64,000 nucleotides of DNA from Candidatus Dojkabacteria bacterium (GTDB lineage Bacteria; Patescibacteriota; Dojkabacteria; J137): the NCBI GenBank assembly GCA_030834985.1, contig JAUQWV010000003.1:656-64655 (forward strand), given 5' to 3'. Below the pieces are notes generated by a model. It was given only the letters and a program-made list of their open reading frames with translations. It had not been told where the DNA came from and made no database searches. The position numbers and the translations under genes were made by a program. Numbering within the stretch: the stretch's first letter is position 1; each line of letters starts with the position of its first letter. Positions 8,851-18,100 of the stretch are shown piece by piece.

Positions 8851-10908
8851 TTAGGCTGTCTTGACAGCGCGGCGGCGGGTTATTGCAACTGCGCCTACGA
8901 TGAGCGCACCACCGACGATCACTATACCGGACGGGAAACTGCTAGCTTCACCCGGACGCTCAGGCGAACCCGACTCCGGTGCCGGTTGAGGCGTTGGCGC
9001 GGGATCATCTGCGCGAACCGAGCAAACGCCGGGCTGGACATAGTCTAGCACCACAAATACTGCGCCATTGCCTCCTACCACACGGAATGGACCGTAGTAA
9101 TAGTCGGCATTGGCATTCTTGTGAATGCTAACTTCCCAGCCGCTGGTTTTCTGCTCCTGCTGGGGAACCCAGGCGTCCCACTCGCCCCATTCCTGTCCAT
9201 CCCAGCGCTGTACATACAGTGGCTCGGGTAGCGGATTGGGGAGGTACGCCAAGCATACAAACTGCGGACCGGGTAGCGGAGGCGGAGGTGGCGGTAACGT
9301 CACCGTAGCCGTGGGGACCGGATCGGTGGGGGTCGACGTTGGCTCAAACGGCTCACAGCTAGCGCTCGCCGTCCATGTAAAGTCGGGCGACAAACCGGGT
9401 GCCGTTACGGTCACTCCCTGACCGTTCGGAACAGCTCCCAAATCCATCGTATCTGTTGCTCCGGCCGCGACATTCCGCGTCGCGTTCACGAAGCCCGTTA
9501 CGGTAAACGTTACCGGCTGGTTAGAACCGGTATTATCGAACGTCAGTACTGCGGGAACAGCGCTTTCGCTTCCGTTCCAAACGCACTCGCCGACACTCAC
9601 ACTGACTGCTGGACCGAAAACATCCGGCGGGCAATTTGCTGCCGCCGTCCACGTAAAGTCAGGCGACAAACCGGTTGCTGTTACAGTTACGCTTTGACCG
9701 TTCGGGACTAGCCCTAGGTCAAGCGAATCCGTTACACCGGCTGCGACATTCCGTGTCGCATTTACGAAGCCCGTTACGGTGAATGTCACCGGTTGGTTCG
9801 ATGCCGTGTTGTTGAATATGAGTAGGGCTGGCGATTTGCTTTCGCCTGCGTCGTACACACACTCGCCGACGTTCACACTCACTTGCGGAGCGTAAACGTC
9901 GGGAACACAGCTAGCGCTTGCCGTCCACGTAAAATCGGGCGATAAGCCCGGTGCTGTTACAGTCACGCTTGCACCATTTGGGACTAGCCCCAGGTCCAGT
10001 GTGTCTGTTGCTCCGGCCGCGACATTCCGCGTCGCGTTGGCGTAGCCTGATACTGTGAACGTCACTGGTTGGTTCGACGCGGTGTTGTCGAATGTGAGCA
10101 CGGCTGGCACTTTACTTGCGCCAGCATCGTACATACACTCTCCCACGTTTACACTCACTTGCGGAGCGTAGACATCCGGGATGCAATTGGTATCGACGGT
10201 GAACGTTACTGGCAAGAGATACCAGTTTTGCTCTGCGCCGAGCTGTAGCTTGTACATGATAGTCACTGATCCCCCGTTATAGTCCTCGGGGAATGTTAGC
10301 GGAACGTTCACCGTGCTGAACACGGGAACGTTGACGATACTGTAAATCGGTCCGAATGGCTGCCCAGCGTATGGTCCCTGCGAAATCGTGCCAGGGAACG
10401 ATGGATGGCTTTCGTACGTCGGGGCTTGATCTCCCACCCGGTAGTCCCACGCGAATGCAAAGCGCGTGGAGTTGTTGAAGGTGAGTGTGGCGCCGCCACA
10501 CGTTGCCGTGTGAGACATGGTGGGCGGTGTACTCGGGAATGCGGTGTAGCTTCCGTTGCTGTCGCAGTCGGCGGAGGCGTCAAGCCTCCATGTGAACGCA
10601 CCAGTTGGCGGCACAGTAACATTTCCTACCGTTACCCAATCGGTGCCGGCCGGCAGTTGAGGGACGGGAAACGTCCCCTGACTGACGTTGTTTATGTACA
10701 CGACCACGTTTTGCGCGGCTTCGGTTGCGCCACTCAGATTGCGATAGCGCACCAAACCCTGTTGTGTAACTTCACCGTAGTAGCCGTTCGTGGCATTACA
10801 GTACCACGCTTGGACCGCTCCTTGCGGCGCGGCGAAGAAAGCCAACGCACCGATGAAGAGCGCTAGCCCCAACAAAGACCGCAGTAAGTAACTTAACCGC
10901 TGTTTCAT
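8851..10908 (-). CDS. Surface-anchored protein (about 685 aa) with three tandem ~92-aa Ig-like repeats, a Pro-rich stalk and a C-terminal TM anchor. It lies in the high-GC island.
   Basis: The start is set at ATG 10908 (MKQRLSYLLRSLLGLALF signal peptide), which is preceded by the strong SD GGAGGG. The ORF-track start at 11004 looks like a spurious extension. Three near-identical CxPDVYAPQVSVNVGEC...DFTWTASAS units. C-terminus is GIVIVGGALIVGAVAITRRRAVKTA. Confidence 0.75.
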   Translation of the reverse strand: MKQRLSYLLRSLLGLALFIGALAFFAAPQGAVQAWYCNATNGYYGEVTQQGLVRYRNLSGATEAAQNVVVYINNVSQGTFPVPQLPAGTDWVTVGNVTVPPTGAFTWRLDASADCDSNGSYTAFPSTPPTMSHTATCGGATLTFNNSTRFAFAWDYRVGDQAPTYESHPSFPGTISQGPYAGQPFGPIYSIVNVPVFSTVNVPLTFPEDYNGGSVTIMYKLQLGAEQNWYLLPVTFTVDTNCIPDVYAPQVSVNVGECMYDAGASKVPAVLTFDNTASNQPVTFTVSGYANATRNVAAGATDTLDLGLVPNGASVTVTAPGLSPDFTWTASASCVPDVYAPQVSVNVGECVYDAGESKSPALLIFNNTASNQPVTFTVTGFVNATRNVAAGVTDSLDLGLVPNGQSVTVTATGLSPDFTWTAAANCPPDVFGPAVSVSVGECVWNGSESAVPAVLTFDNTGSNQPVTFTVTGFVNATRNVAAGATDTMDLGAVPNGQGVTVTAPGLSPDFTWTASASCEPFEPTSTPTDPVPTATVTLPPPPPPLPGPQFVCLAYLPNPLPEPLYVQRWDGQEWGEWDAWVPQQEQKTSGWEVSIHKNANADYYYGPFRVVGGNGAVFVVLDYVQPGVCSVRADDPAPTPQPAPESGSPERPGEASSFPSGIVIVGGALIVGAVAITRRRAVKTA
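9358..10185. repeat. Three tandem ~276-bp coding repeats (about 80-90% identity) inside the 685-aa gene
   Basis: Repeated DNA blocks, e.g. ccgtccacgtaaa(g/a)tc(g/a)ggcga(c/t)aa(a/g)cc(g/c)ggt. The protein repeats are at aa 274-549 of the ORF-track numbering. Confidence 0.7.
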
Positions 10909-11171
10909 TGTGATCCCTCCTAGGATCGAGAACCGAAAGTGGGTACGATGGTGGCAGCAGTTGAACTGCTTCGACCGCACTGGGAACCTAATCGATAGAT
11001 TCACAAAACGGTCGAAGCAGCAGCTTAACCTAAATTATTAATTAATCTCCAGTTGTTAAAGAACTTTTGCAGGGCTTTAAGCCACTGCTCATTTTCTAAA
11101 ACTCAATAGAGATAAAGATATCATCTAAATGGTTTTATACCGGAATTATAGCAAAATATATTACAAATATA

Positions 11172-11186
11172 TAGCCTTTGAGGCTA
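11172..11186 (-). terminator. Weak hairpin (tagcct ttg aggcta) plus a T-rich tract on the minus strand, downstream of the 419-aa gene
   Basis: 6-bp stem followed on the minus strand by tatatatttgtaa. Confidence 0.3.
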
Positions 11187-11219
11187 AAAATTGTCTATAG
11201 CGAGGGATGCCAGTTATAG

Positions 11220-12479
11220 CTATTTTGGCATAGCTGTCTGGCTAGTATTTGAGGCAGAGGCAGGCGGCAAAACCTGTTTTTCCATAGCAGTAGGCGCAGA
11301 CGCATCTTTTGCCGCCTGCTTTTGTTTACCACTTCTTGCTCTGGTACGTTTGATTAGACGGTAAATACCGAATATTACTAATTGAAGAAGTAATAAAAGC
11401 GCTAAAGCAATCAGTGCCGATTTTAGGTCAAAACCTGTAGTAGTAGTTTCCTCTTCATCACTTACTTCTACAAAATCATTTGGAGAAATGTCCAAAGTAG
11501 CAGACTGTTTATTGCCTGCTTTATCAAACGCATCTACTACAATTCTACCCGTTGTCTTAGATATACGCATTCCGCTAGCGGCTTTTTCTACTACCTTACC
11601 ATCGATAGTAACTATATATTTATCAACCCCAGAGATTCTATCAAAAGATGAGTAATATACTTGGAGCTCAGTATCACTACTATTTAAAGTTGCAATACCA
11701 AATGGATCTGGAGGTGTTGTATCTACCCTTACTGTAAAATGAGATATAGGTCCCCATCCCACATTATTTCTCGCTTTAATATGAAAATAATAGACCCCAT
11801 CTTTTAAATTAGGAAAAGAAGCAGATGTACCTTCACCTTTTGATTCATCACCAGGATCAGTTTCTGGTGTCTGATCAAATGCATAGCTAAAATCTGTTAC
11901 TCCATTTTGTCTATTCCATGAAAATTGCCCTTCAGCTTTTGAATACCACACGCTTTGATCCGGATGAGATGCAGAAGTGATTGAAACAGCTTCAGGTGCT
12001 GGATCTGGCGGCGGCGGCGGATTAATAGCATTAAATACAACTGTATTGCCGCCGCCATTCACTGGTGTCCCAGATCCGTCGGCTAAAGCAATAGTACCAG
12101 ATGAATTTATACTAGCTTGTGATTCGTGATTTGGTAATGCGAATGAAACTGATAATACATCTCTTCCACCAGAAGCGCTACCACCTAACAAAGCCCCACT
12201 AAAACTTATTGTATTACCAGATACTGAAGGTCCTGCGACACCTGTCCACCCTCCTACAACAGAAGCTCCTAAATACGTTAGGTTATTGAAAGTTACATTA
12301 ACAGTTACCGCGTTATATGTATCGCCAGAATTAGCACTTACAACAACATTTACAGTTTGGCCGATATAGAAAGTTCCACCTCCTGTGGTCCAGAAATTTA
12401 CATCTGCAGCCTTAACAGGAACTGCCGGAACAACAGGAAATACTAAAAGCGCAACTAAAAGTAATAAGAATTTTTTCAT
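11220..12479 (-). CDS. Surface protein (419 aa): signal peptide, N-terminal cohesin-like beta-sandwich, Pro-rich linker, FN3-like domain, and a C-terminal TM anchor with a long basic tail
   Basis: The GQTVNVVVSANSGDTYNAVTVNVTFNNLTYLGASV pattern resembles the cohesin strand-1 to strand-3 region. NPPPPPDPAPE linker. The C-terminus is LIALALLLLLQLVIFGIY followed by RLIKRTRAR. Confidence 0.7.
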   Translation of the reverse strand: MKKFLLLLVALLVFPVVPAVPVKAADVNFWTTGGGTFYIGQTVNVVVSANSGDTYNAVTVNVTFNNLTYLGASVVGGWTGVAGPSVSGNTISFSGALLGGSASGGRDVLSVSFALPNHESQASINSSGTIALADGSGTPVNGGGNTVVFNAINPPPPPDPAPEAVSITSASHPDQSVWYSKAEGQFSWNRQNGVTDFSYAFDQTPETDPGDESKGEGTSASFPNLKDGVYYFHIKARNNVGWGPISHFTVRVDTTPPDPFGIATLNSSDTELQVYYSSFDRISGVDKYIVTIDGKVVEKAASGMRISKTTGRIVVDAFDKAGNKQSATLDISPNDFVEVSDEEETTTTGFDLKSALIALALLLLLQLVIFGIYRLIKRTRARSGKQKQAAKDASAPTAMEKQVLPPASASNTSQTAMPK

Positions 12480-12518
12480 ACTATAAAATAATAACTGCTT
12501 ATTTAATAAATTTCTACC

Positions 12519-14888
12519 TTAAAAATTCTGCATCCAATTTATGGCCAGAATACTTAAGTCAGAAATATTTGTTATACCATCATTGTTAGCATCTGCTGTA
12601 TTGTTTGATTGATTCCAGTAAGTTGCTAGTATACTTAAATCAGATAAATTTACGGCACTATCTAAATTGAAGTCCCCTTTAGTTTTTAAAAAATATTGCT
12701 GAGCATTTATTTGAAATGTTGTTGTAACTTCACGATAATTTCCTACATTATCAAATGCTCTAACTGTTGCAGAGTGAGTTCCGTCTCCTAAAGCAGAAGT
12801 TGTGTATGGGGAAGTAACAGTACTAAAACTTCCTCCATTAATAGAGATTTGGTAGTGCGACATGCCAGATAACGAATCAGTTGTAGAAAAGCTCAATATG
12901 GCAGTCGCACTCAAACTTGTTTTCCCGATTGTAAAATTATTTGGAATAATTTTATCGATTCTTAAATTTCTATTAGATGATAATGTAGTGTTGCCTGCTA
13001 CATCTGTTGCCCTAACTCTCCATTGTTTATTGCCGCTTGGTATTGCCGATGGTGCAGTATGCGAAATTGCTGACAGGTCAGAATATGTTTCAACAGAATC
13101 TATAAGGATATCGTATGTTACTGGACCATTTGCATCAGTAGATGCCTGCCAAGTAAACTCCGGTAAATCATTATTAGTCCAATCAGTTGTCGGACCTGTT
13201 AAATTAAATACCGATGGAGGTGTATTATCTATAATTAATTCTAGAGTATCAGGATCAGATCGGTTTCCATTAAAGTCTTCTGCAATAAGATTAGCCATAT
13301 ATGTTCCATCAGGTTGATCGATATCTAAATCTATTAATGTTGTATTTGATTTATTGCCACGTCCGGTATACATATACGTTGTAGCATCGGGTCCAACTAT
13401 TGAGAAACTAATATAATATGCGTACAAATTTGTAGAGTTAACTGAGCCATTAAGCGCAATATTTCCTTTAAATAAATTGCTTGGAGGTTCTGTAAATGTT
13501 GCGGTTGGAGTTGCGCTGCCTAGTGCTGGGTCAGATAAAGATAGCGCGTTCAGCGCATTAAGTCTGCCAAATCCATACAAGGTGTCGTAACCAGCCGTAC
13601 CTTTATCTTCTGCAGTTGAAAGCAGCGCTTTTCGGATCTCATAATAACCCCAAGGGGTTATATCTTCTGAATGAAGGCTGTACAAAAGCGCTGCTACACC
13701 CGATACATGGGGCGCGGCCATTGATGTACCGCTAAAGCAGCCATATTTTACCGCGCCCACACATCCACTAGTAGGATTCTGCTTTGTCGTTAAAACTCCT
13801 TGTCCTGGAGCAATAATATCAGTTGCTAATCCAAAATTAGAAAATCCGCTACTAAAAACATCATTGTGATTAGCAGCATTTACAGTAATTACATTCTGTA
13901 AACCTGCAGGAGAATAAAATGATGAATCAGTGCTATCGTTACCAGAAGATGCCACCACTGTAATATCATTTTCTACTGCATAGTTAACTGCATCCTGCGT
14001 AACTTGCGAAAAGCCAGGTCCTCCAAGGCTTAAATTGATAATATTTGCACCGTTATCAACTGCGTATTCAATAGCTTCTGCCACAATCGGATCTGCAGTA
14101 CTATTTACTGCTCCAAAAACTTTTAAAACCATTATCTTGCATCCCCAGCAGACACTTGCAATGCCAGTTACATTGTTTGAATTGGCTGCAGCAATTCCTG
14201 CTGTGTAAGTTCCATGGCTTAATTGTTCTTGAATATTTGTAAAGTCGCTAGGATTACAGCCTGGCAGTGGTGTAGGTACACAGAGCGATTTTGCATAAAA
14301 GTTAAAACCGTTAATATCATCTATGTAGCCGTTGTTATCATCATCTACACCGGTTGCTCCATTCGCTTCAATAGTATTTATCCATAATTTATTAGTAAAT
14401 TCCGGATGAGTTAAATCTATCCCTGAATCTACAATTGCAATAATTGTATTTGTTGAACCTGTTTCGATTTCCCAACCTGAAAGGCCACCTGGCGGGTCAG
14501 TAACAGGATTTAGCCCTATTTTTCTTAAACTCCACTGATCGTACTGACCCGCCAAAAAAGTTCCTTGCGAAGCATAGTACTGGTCATCTGGATTAAGCAT
14601 TAATGAATATTCAACAATTGGAGTAACTGTTTCTACCAAAGGATTATTTATTATATTTGTATATTCATTTTTATCTGTAACATTTACTTTACTCCATTTA
14701 CTAAGTTCCTTTGATTTTGACCGACTATTAAAGCCATACTTTCCTGTATTTTTGTACTTAATAAGAAACTCACCTGATTTATACTCATTTGATTCAGCTG
14801 AAATTTGAAAGTTAGCCGCAAAAGAAGATACTAAAAAAACAAGCAGTAAAACTAAAAACGTAGTAGTAGATTTACGTAAATACATCAC
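12519..14888 (-). CDS. Subtilisin-like serine protease (peptidase S8) with FN3/Ig-like domains and a C-terminal type-I dockerin
   Basis: Catalytic triad motifs are AIVDSGID (Asp), HGTYTAG (His) and GTSMAAPHVSG (Ser). Two Ca-binding dockerin segments are present: DFNLDSAVNLSDLSILA and DANNDGITNISDLSILA. Confidence 0.85.
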   Translation of the reverse strand: MMYLRKSTTTFLVLLLVFLVSSFAANFQISAESNEYKSGEFLIKYKNTGKYGFNSRSKSKELSKWSKVNVTDKNEYTNIINNPLVETVTPIVEYSLMLNPDDQYYASQGTFLAGQYDQWSLRKIGLNPVTDPPGGLSGWEIETGSTNTIIAIVDSGIDLTHPEFTNKLWINTIEANGATGVDDDNNGYIDDINGFNFYAKSLCVPTPLPGCNPSDFTNIQEQLSHGTYTAGIAAANSNNVTGIASVCWGCKIMVLKVFGAVNSTADPIVAEAIEYAVDNGANIINLSLGGPGFSQVTQDAVNYAVENDITVVASSGNDSTDSSFYSPAGLQNVITVNAANHNDVFSSGFSNFGLATDIIAPGQGVLTTKQNPTSGCVGAVKYGCFSGTSMAAPHVSGVAALLYSLHSEDITPWGYYEIRKALLSTAEDKGTAGYDTLYGFGRLNALNALSLSDPALGSATPTATFTEPPSNLFKGNIALNGSVNSTNLYAYYISFSIVGPDATTYMYTGRGNKSNTTLIDLDIDQPDGTYMANLIAEDFNGNRSDPDTLELIIDNTPPSVFNLTGPTTDWTNNDLPEFTWQASTDANGPVTYDILIDSVETYSDLSAISHTAPSAIPSGNKQWRVRATDVAGNTTLSSNRNLRIDKIIPNNFTIGKTSLSATAILSFSTTDSLSGMSHYQISINGGSFSTVTSPYTTSALGDGTHSATVRAFDNVGNYREVTTTFQINAQQYFLKTKGDFNLDSAVNLSDLSILATYWNQSNNTADANNDGITNISDLSILAINWMQNF

Positions 14889-14922
14889 TTAACAATATAT
14901 ACTGTATGAAACTTCAAGGCAA

Positions 14923-15168
14923 TTATTGAGTACTGCCATCTATGCAAGCCATTTCTGTACAAATAACTTCACCTTGTGAACAGCTGCAGGTATTGCAGTT
15001 ATCTATACTTAAAAAGGACTCTCCATCTTGATAAGTCTTTCCATCGTATAGACATTGAAGACTATGATTTAAATTATTGATAGTAAAAATAGTTGTAAGT
15101 ACTGCGAGAATACAAATAACTACAGAAGCTAATAGCAAAAATATTTTCAGATTTTTATTGTTAATCAT
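14923..15168 (-). CDS. Small (81 aa) membrane-anchored Cys-rich protein with a VWC-like (von Willebrand type C) cysteine pattern
   Basis: N-terminal TM, then CLYDGKTYQDGESFLSIDNCNTCSCSQGEVICTEMAC. The C-x-x-C-x-C ... C spacing resembles VWC/TIL-like modules. Confidence 0.5.
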   Translation of the reverse strand: MINNKNLKIFLLLASVVICILAVLTTIFTINNLNHSLQCLYDGKTYQDGESFLSIDNCNTCSCSQGEVICTEMACIDGSTQ

Positions 15169-15197
15169 TGTCTAGAGTATAGCGTAAAAAAACCTAA

Positions 15198-18100
15198 TCA
15201 CAAAGGTGCCAATTTGCTTAACACAATGTTTTTATTTATATATCCATTCTTTTTAATTTCAACAGGAACAATTTTTAACATGTTTTCATCTTTTGTACCG
15301 TATTTCATGTTGTAGCCTTTTTTATCAACTACGACATAATAATTGCCATGGTCTAAATCTAAGCTAACTTCACCTTTTTTATTTGTTGCAGCAATATCTA
15401 CTAGTTGGGCATCTTCATCGTAAGCTCTTAATACTGCACCTGCAATGCCTGAGTTAGTAGATTCATCAAGTACTTTATTTTTCTTTAAGAAGAACTGATA
15501 AAGCTTAGGGTAAGCAACAGTAATAAATATTAAGCTATAGATTATTAACAACAATACATTTTGCAAAGATGAATTTGCTACTTGATTGTAAATTGTATTT
15601 AAGAAACCAATAGCTGAAGCAACAAGTACAACTAAATTAAATAAGTTAAAGATTTGTGTTTTAGGTAAAGTTAAAACTTTTTTAGGTGTTAAATATACAT
15701 CATAAATTTGATTATCAAATTTAGATACTGCTTCATTTCTATCTAAAAACCTTAGATATTTATCGTAGCCAGCTGCTTGGACTTCTATAAACATATTTTC
15801 TTTTTGCTCTGAATCTAATCTATATTTACCGCCTAAATCAGTTAGTGTTCTCGCAACTACTGAGGTTTTAACTTTATTATTATCGATTGTTTCTTTTCTC
15901 AATAAGGTAACTATTGCTAGACTTACAGGAGCACCTGTTTGTTCATTTAAAACTATTCCCCAATATTCATTATCTAATGATTTAAAATAGCCAATAATTG
16001 CACTTATAGCTTTAACAGGATTTAGTAAAAGTAAGATCAACAAAGTACCAAGAGCTAAAAGCAATAAAGCAAGGAATATAAGAATTAGTGGGCCCTGTGA
16101 TTGAATAAACACTACACTACCTAAAACTGATCTTAAGAAACTTTGTATAATTGATGAACCAGAATCTACAATTGCAGGAACAAGTTCTTGTATCTCTGTT
16201 GTATCGTTTATAAATACAGAGGAACCATTCGGCTTATTAGTTACTGATGTATTTTTAATAGTGGTATTAGTTGTTGTTTGATTTGTAGTAGTATTTTGCG
16301 TACCACCGCCACCTCCACCAGGTCCACCGTTACCACCACCATTACCGTTGCCGTTACCATTCCCATTTCCTGGGTCATCGTCGTCGTCATCTTCTTCTCC
16401 AAAAGGGTGTTCATAAATCATTATTTTTCCGCGGTTTGTATCGTAAACATACAAATTATCGCCTTCATCAAAAGTCATAGCAAAAGGCCAGCCGTAAAAG
16501 TCTTCAAGTTGACCATCTGCAACTGCATACGCAGGATCTGATCTATTTGAAGGATTAAATTCAGTAGGGTCTTCAAAATACTCGATAAATCTTGGTCCAC
16601 TATATGGGTTGTACCCGGTAACCATTCTATTTTCGCTATCAAATGCGGTTTCAAAAGTAGATGGCGCAAAACCTGTAATTGGGTTAACTCGTGGGAATTC
16701 TTTAGCAGCTGATAATCCAAACACAACAGATTCTGGTGATGCTGGGAAAGAACTTGCAGCAAACATTAGGAGTCTCCAATTACCATCAATCTCAAAAAAA
16801 TGATCTGATACAAATAAATTACCATTATTATCTAAGGATAATGCACCAGGTAAACAAAGCATTGATCTATCGGCAGATTGACTGCCGTCTACGTTTGGCG
16901 GCGGCACAACTCCTCTGTTGCACTGAGTACCACCTAAACTAGTTTGCCCAAGCATAATATCAACAACTGGGTCTGTTAATGGATTTCGTATTCTGAATAC
17001 GCGATGATAATCGGTATTAGCAACCCAAAGATATTGGCCATCAGGTGACGGAGCAAGTCCTCCAAATGTATCTGCGACATTAACTGTGCCGCCGCCAGCA
17101 GCATTAAATGGACCTGTTAGTGTAACAAGTGGTTCTGACTCTTCTGTTAATGGAGTTTCAAAAATATCTATATGTCTTTCATAAATCGAAGATCTTACAA
17201 CATATATATGACCGCTTTTATCGGCTTTTAGTACGTTGTATCCAGGCTGTCCATCTAAAGGAAGTGCGCCATCTTCATAAGTTACAAAACCGTCTGCAAC
17301 TTTGCCGTTTGTAATACTCGATAAATCGTTCCAGAACATTAATCTTCCATCTGTTGCTATTAGCTGATCATCCACAACTGCTACTCCACCCCAACCGCCT
17401 TGTTCAAACCTATCAGGACTTGTTAAGTTGTATCCTCCGGGTAGAGAAAATAGACTCATGTCTGGTAAGTAATCACCTTCACCATTATCAAAAGAAAATC
17501 TTGCAACATCCTGCTGATATACATAAGCTGAAACTAAGATGTTCCCTTCAGTATCTATACCAACTGAACCACCTCCAGGATTCCAGTTAGTAAAATGATG
17601 TCCTTCTGATACGCCGTCTAGATCCCAATCTCTAAAACCTGCGCCTGCACCCTCATTTTCATATGTCCAAAAAATATTTCCACTAGGATCCATTTCAATT
17701 GCTACCAAACCATCTGGGAAATCACTATCATCAAGAATCGCAGTACCGCTCATACCGGAGGTAAAGGGTGCTGTGTATCGCATTACTCTATTATTACCAG
17801 CATCGGCGATAAGTAGATCTCCAGTTGAACCAAATCTTACTGCAGTAGGACTTTTTAAGTTAGTTGTCGAAGAACCCGATGCTGCCGAGGTAAAATTTGC
17901 TTGTCCAATCACAATATCTGCCGTTTTAGCTATTACACCGTCATTATTTGGAAACCTTAATACGCGGTTGTTTCCACCGTCAGCTACCCAAAGGTTTCCA
18001 TCAGCATCAAGCGCTACTCCAGCACCTCCATCAAAAGTTGAATAAAAACATATCGAAGAAGCAGTTGGTGCAGGTGTACTTTGGTTATAGCCTCTAGTTA

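Noticed and set aside
9075-10866. ORFs 9075-9260, 9125-9421, 10277-10501, 10308-10622, 10405-10866 inside the 685-aa gene
   Set aside because: Alternative-frame or antisense artefacts of GC-rich coding sequence. The Arg/Pro/Gly-rich translations are typical of out-of-frame GC DNA.
10909-11004. First 32 codons of the ORF-track 717-aa protein (MNLSIRFPVRSKQFNCCHHRTHFRFSILGGIT)
   Set aside because: They are not signal-peptide-like. The internal Met at 10908 has a strong GGAGGG SD and begins a classical signal peptide, so the upstream part is treated as 5' UTR.
7960-11040. GC islands as assembly chimeras
   Set aside because: This was considered, but both islands begin and end in intergenic spacers and the contig returns to the same low-GC genome. 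The island genes are co-oriented with their neighbours and have terminators. A chimera remains possible and is listed as a check under the island findings.
12862-13317. 151-aa plus-strand ORF inside the subtilisin gene
   Set aside because: It is antisense to a well-supported S8 protease ORF, has no motifs and has odd composition. It is a typical spurious shadow ORF.
16278-18045. Series of short plus-strand ORFs (16278-16541, 16609-16803, 16736-16942, 17129-17314, 17354-17590, 17773-18045) and minus-frame 16475-16762
   Set aside because: All lie within the 1193-aa NHL protein gene on the opposite strand or in an alternate frame. They are shadow ORFs.
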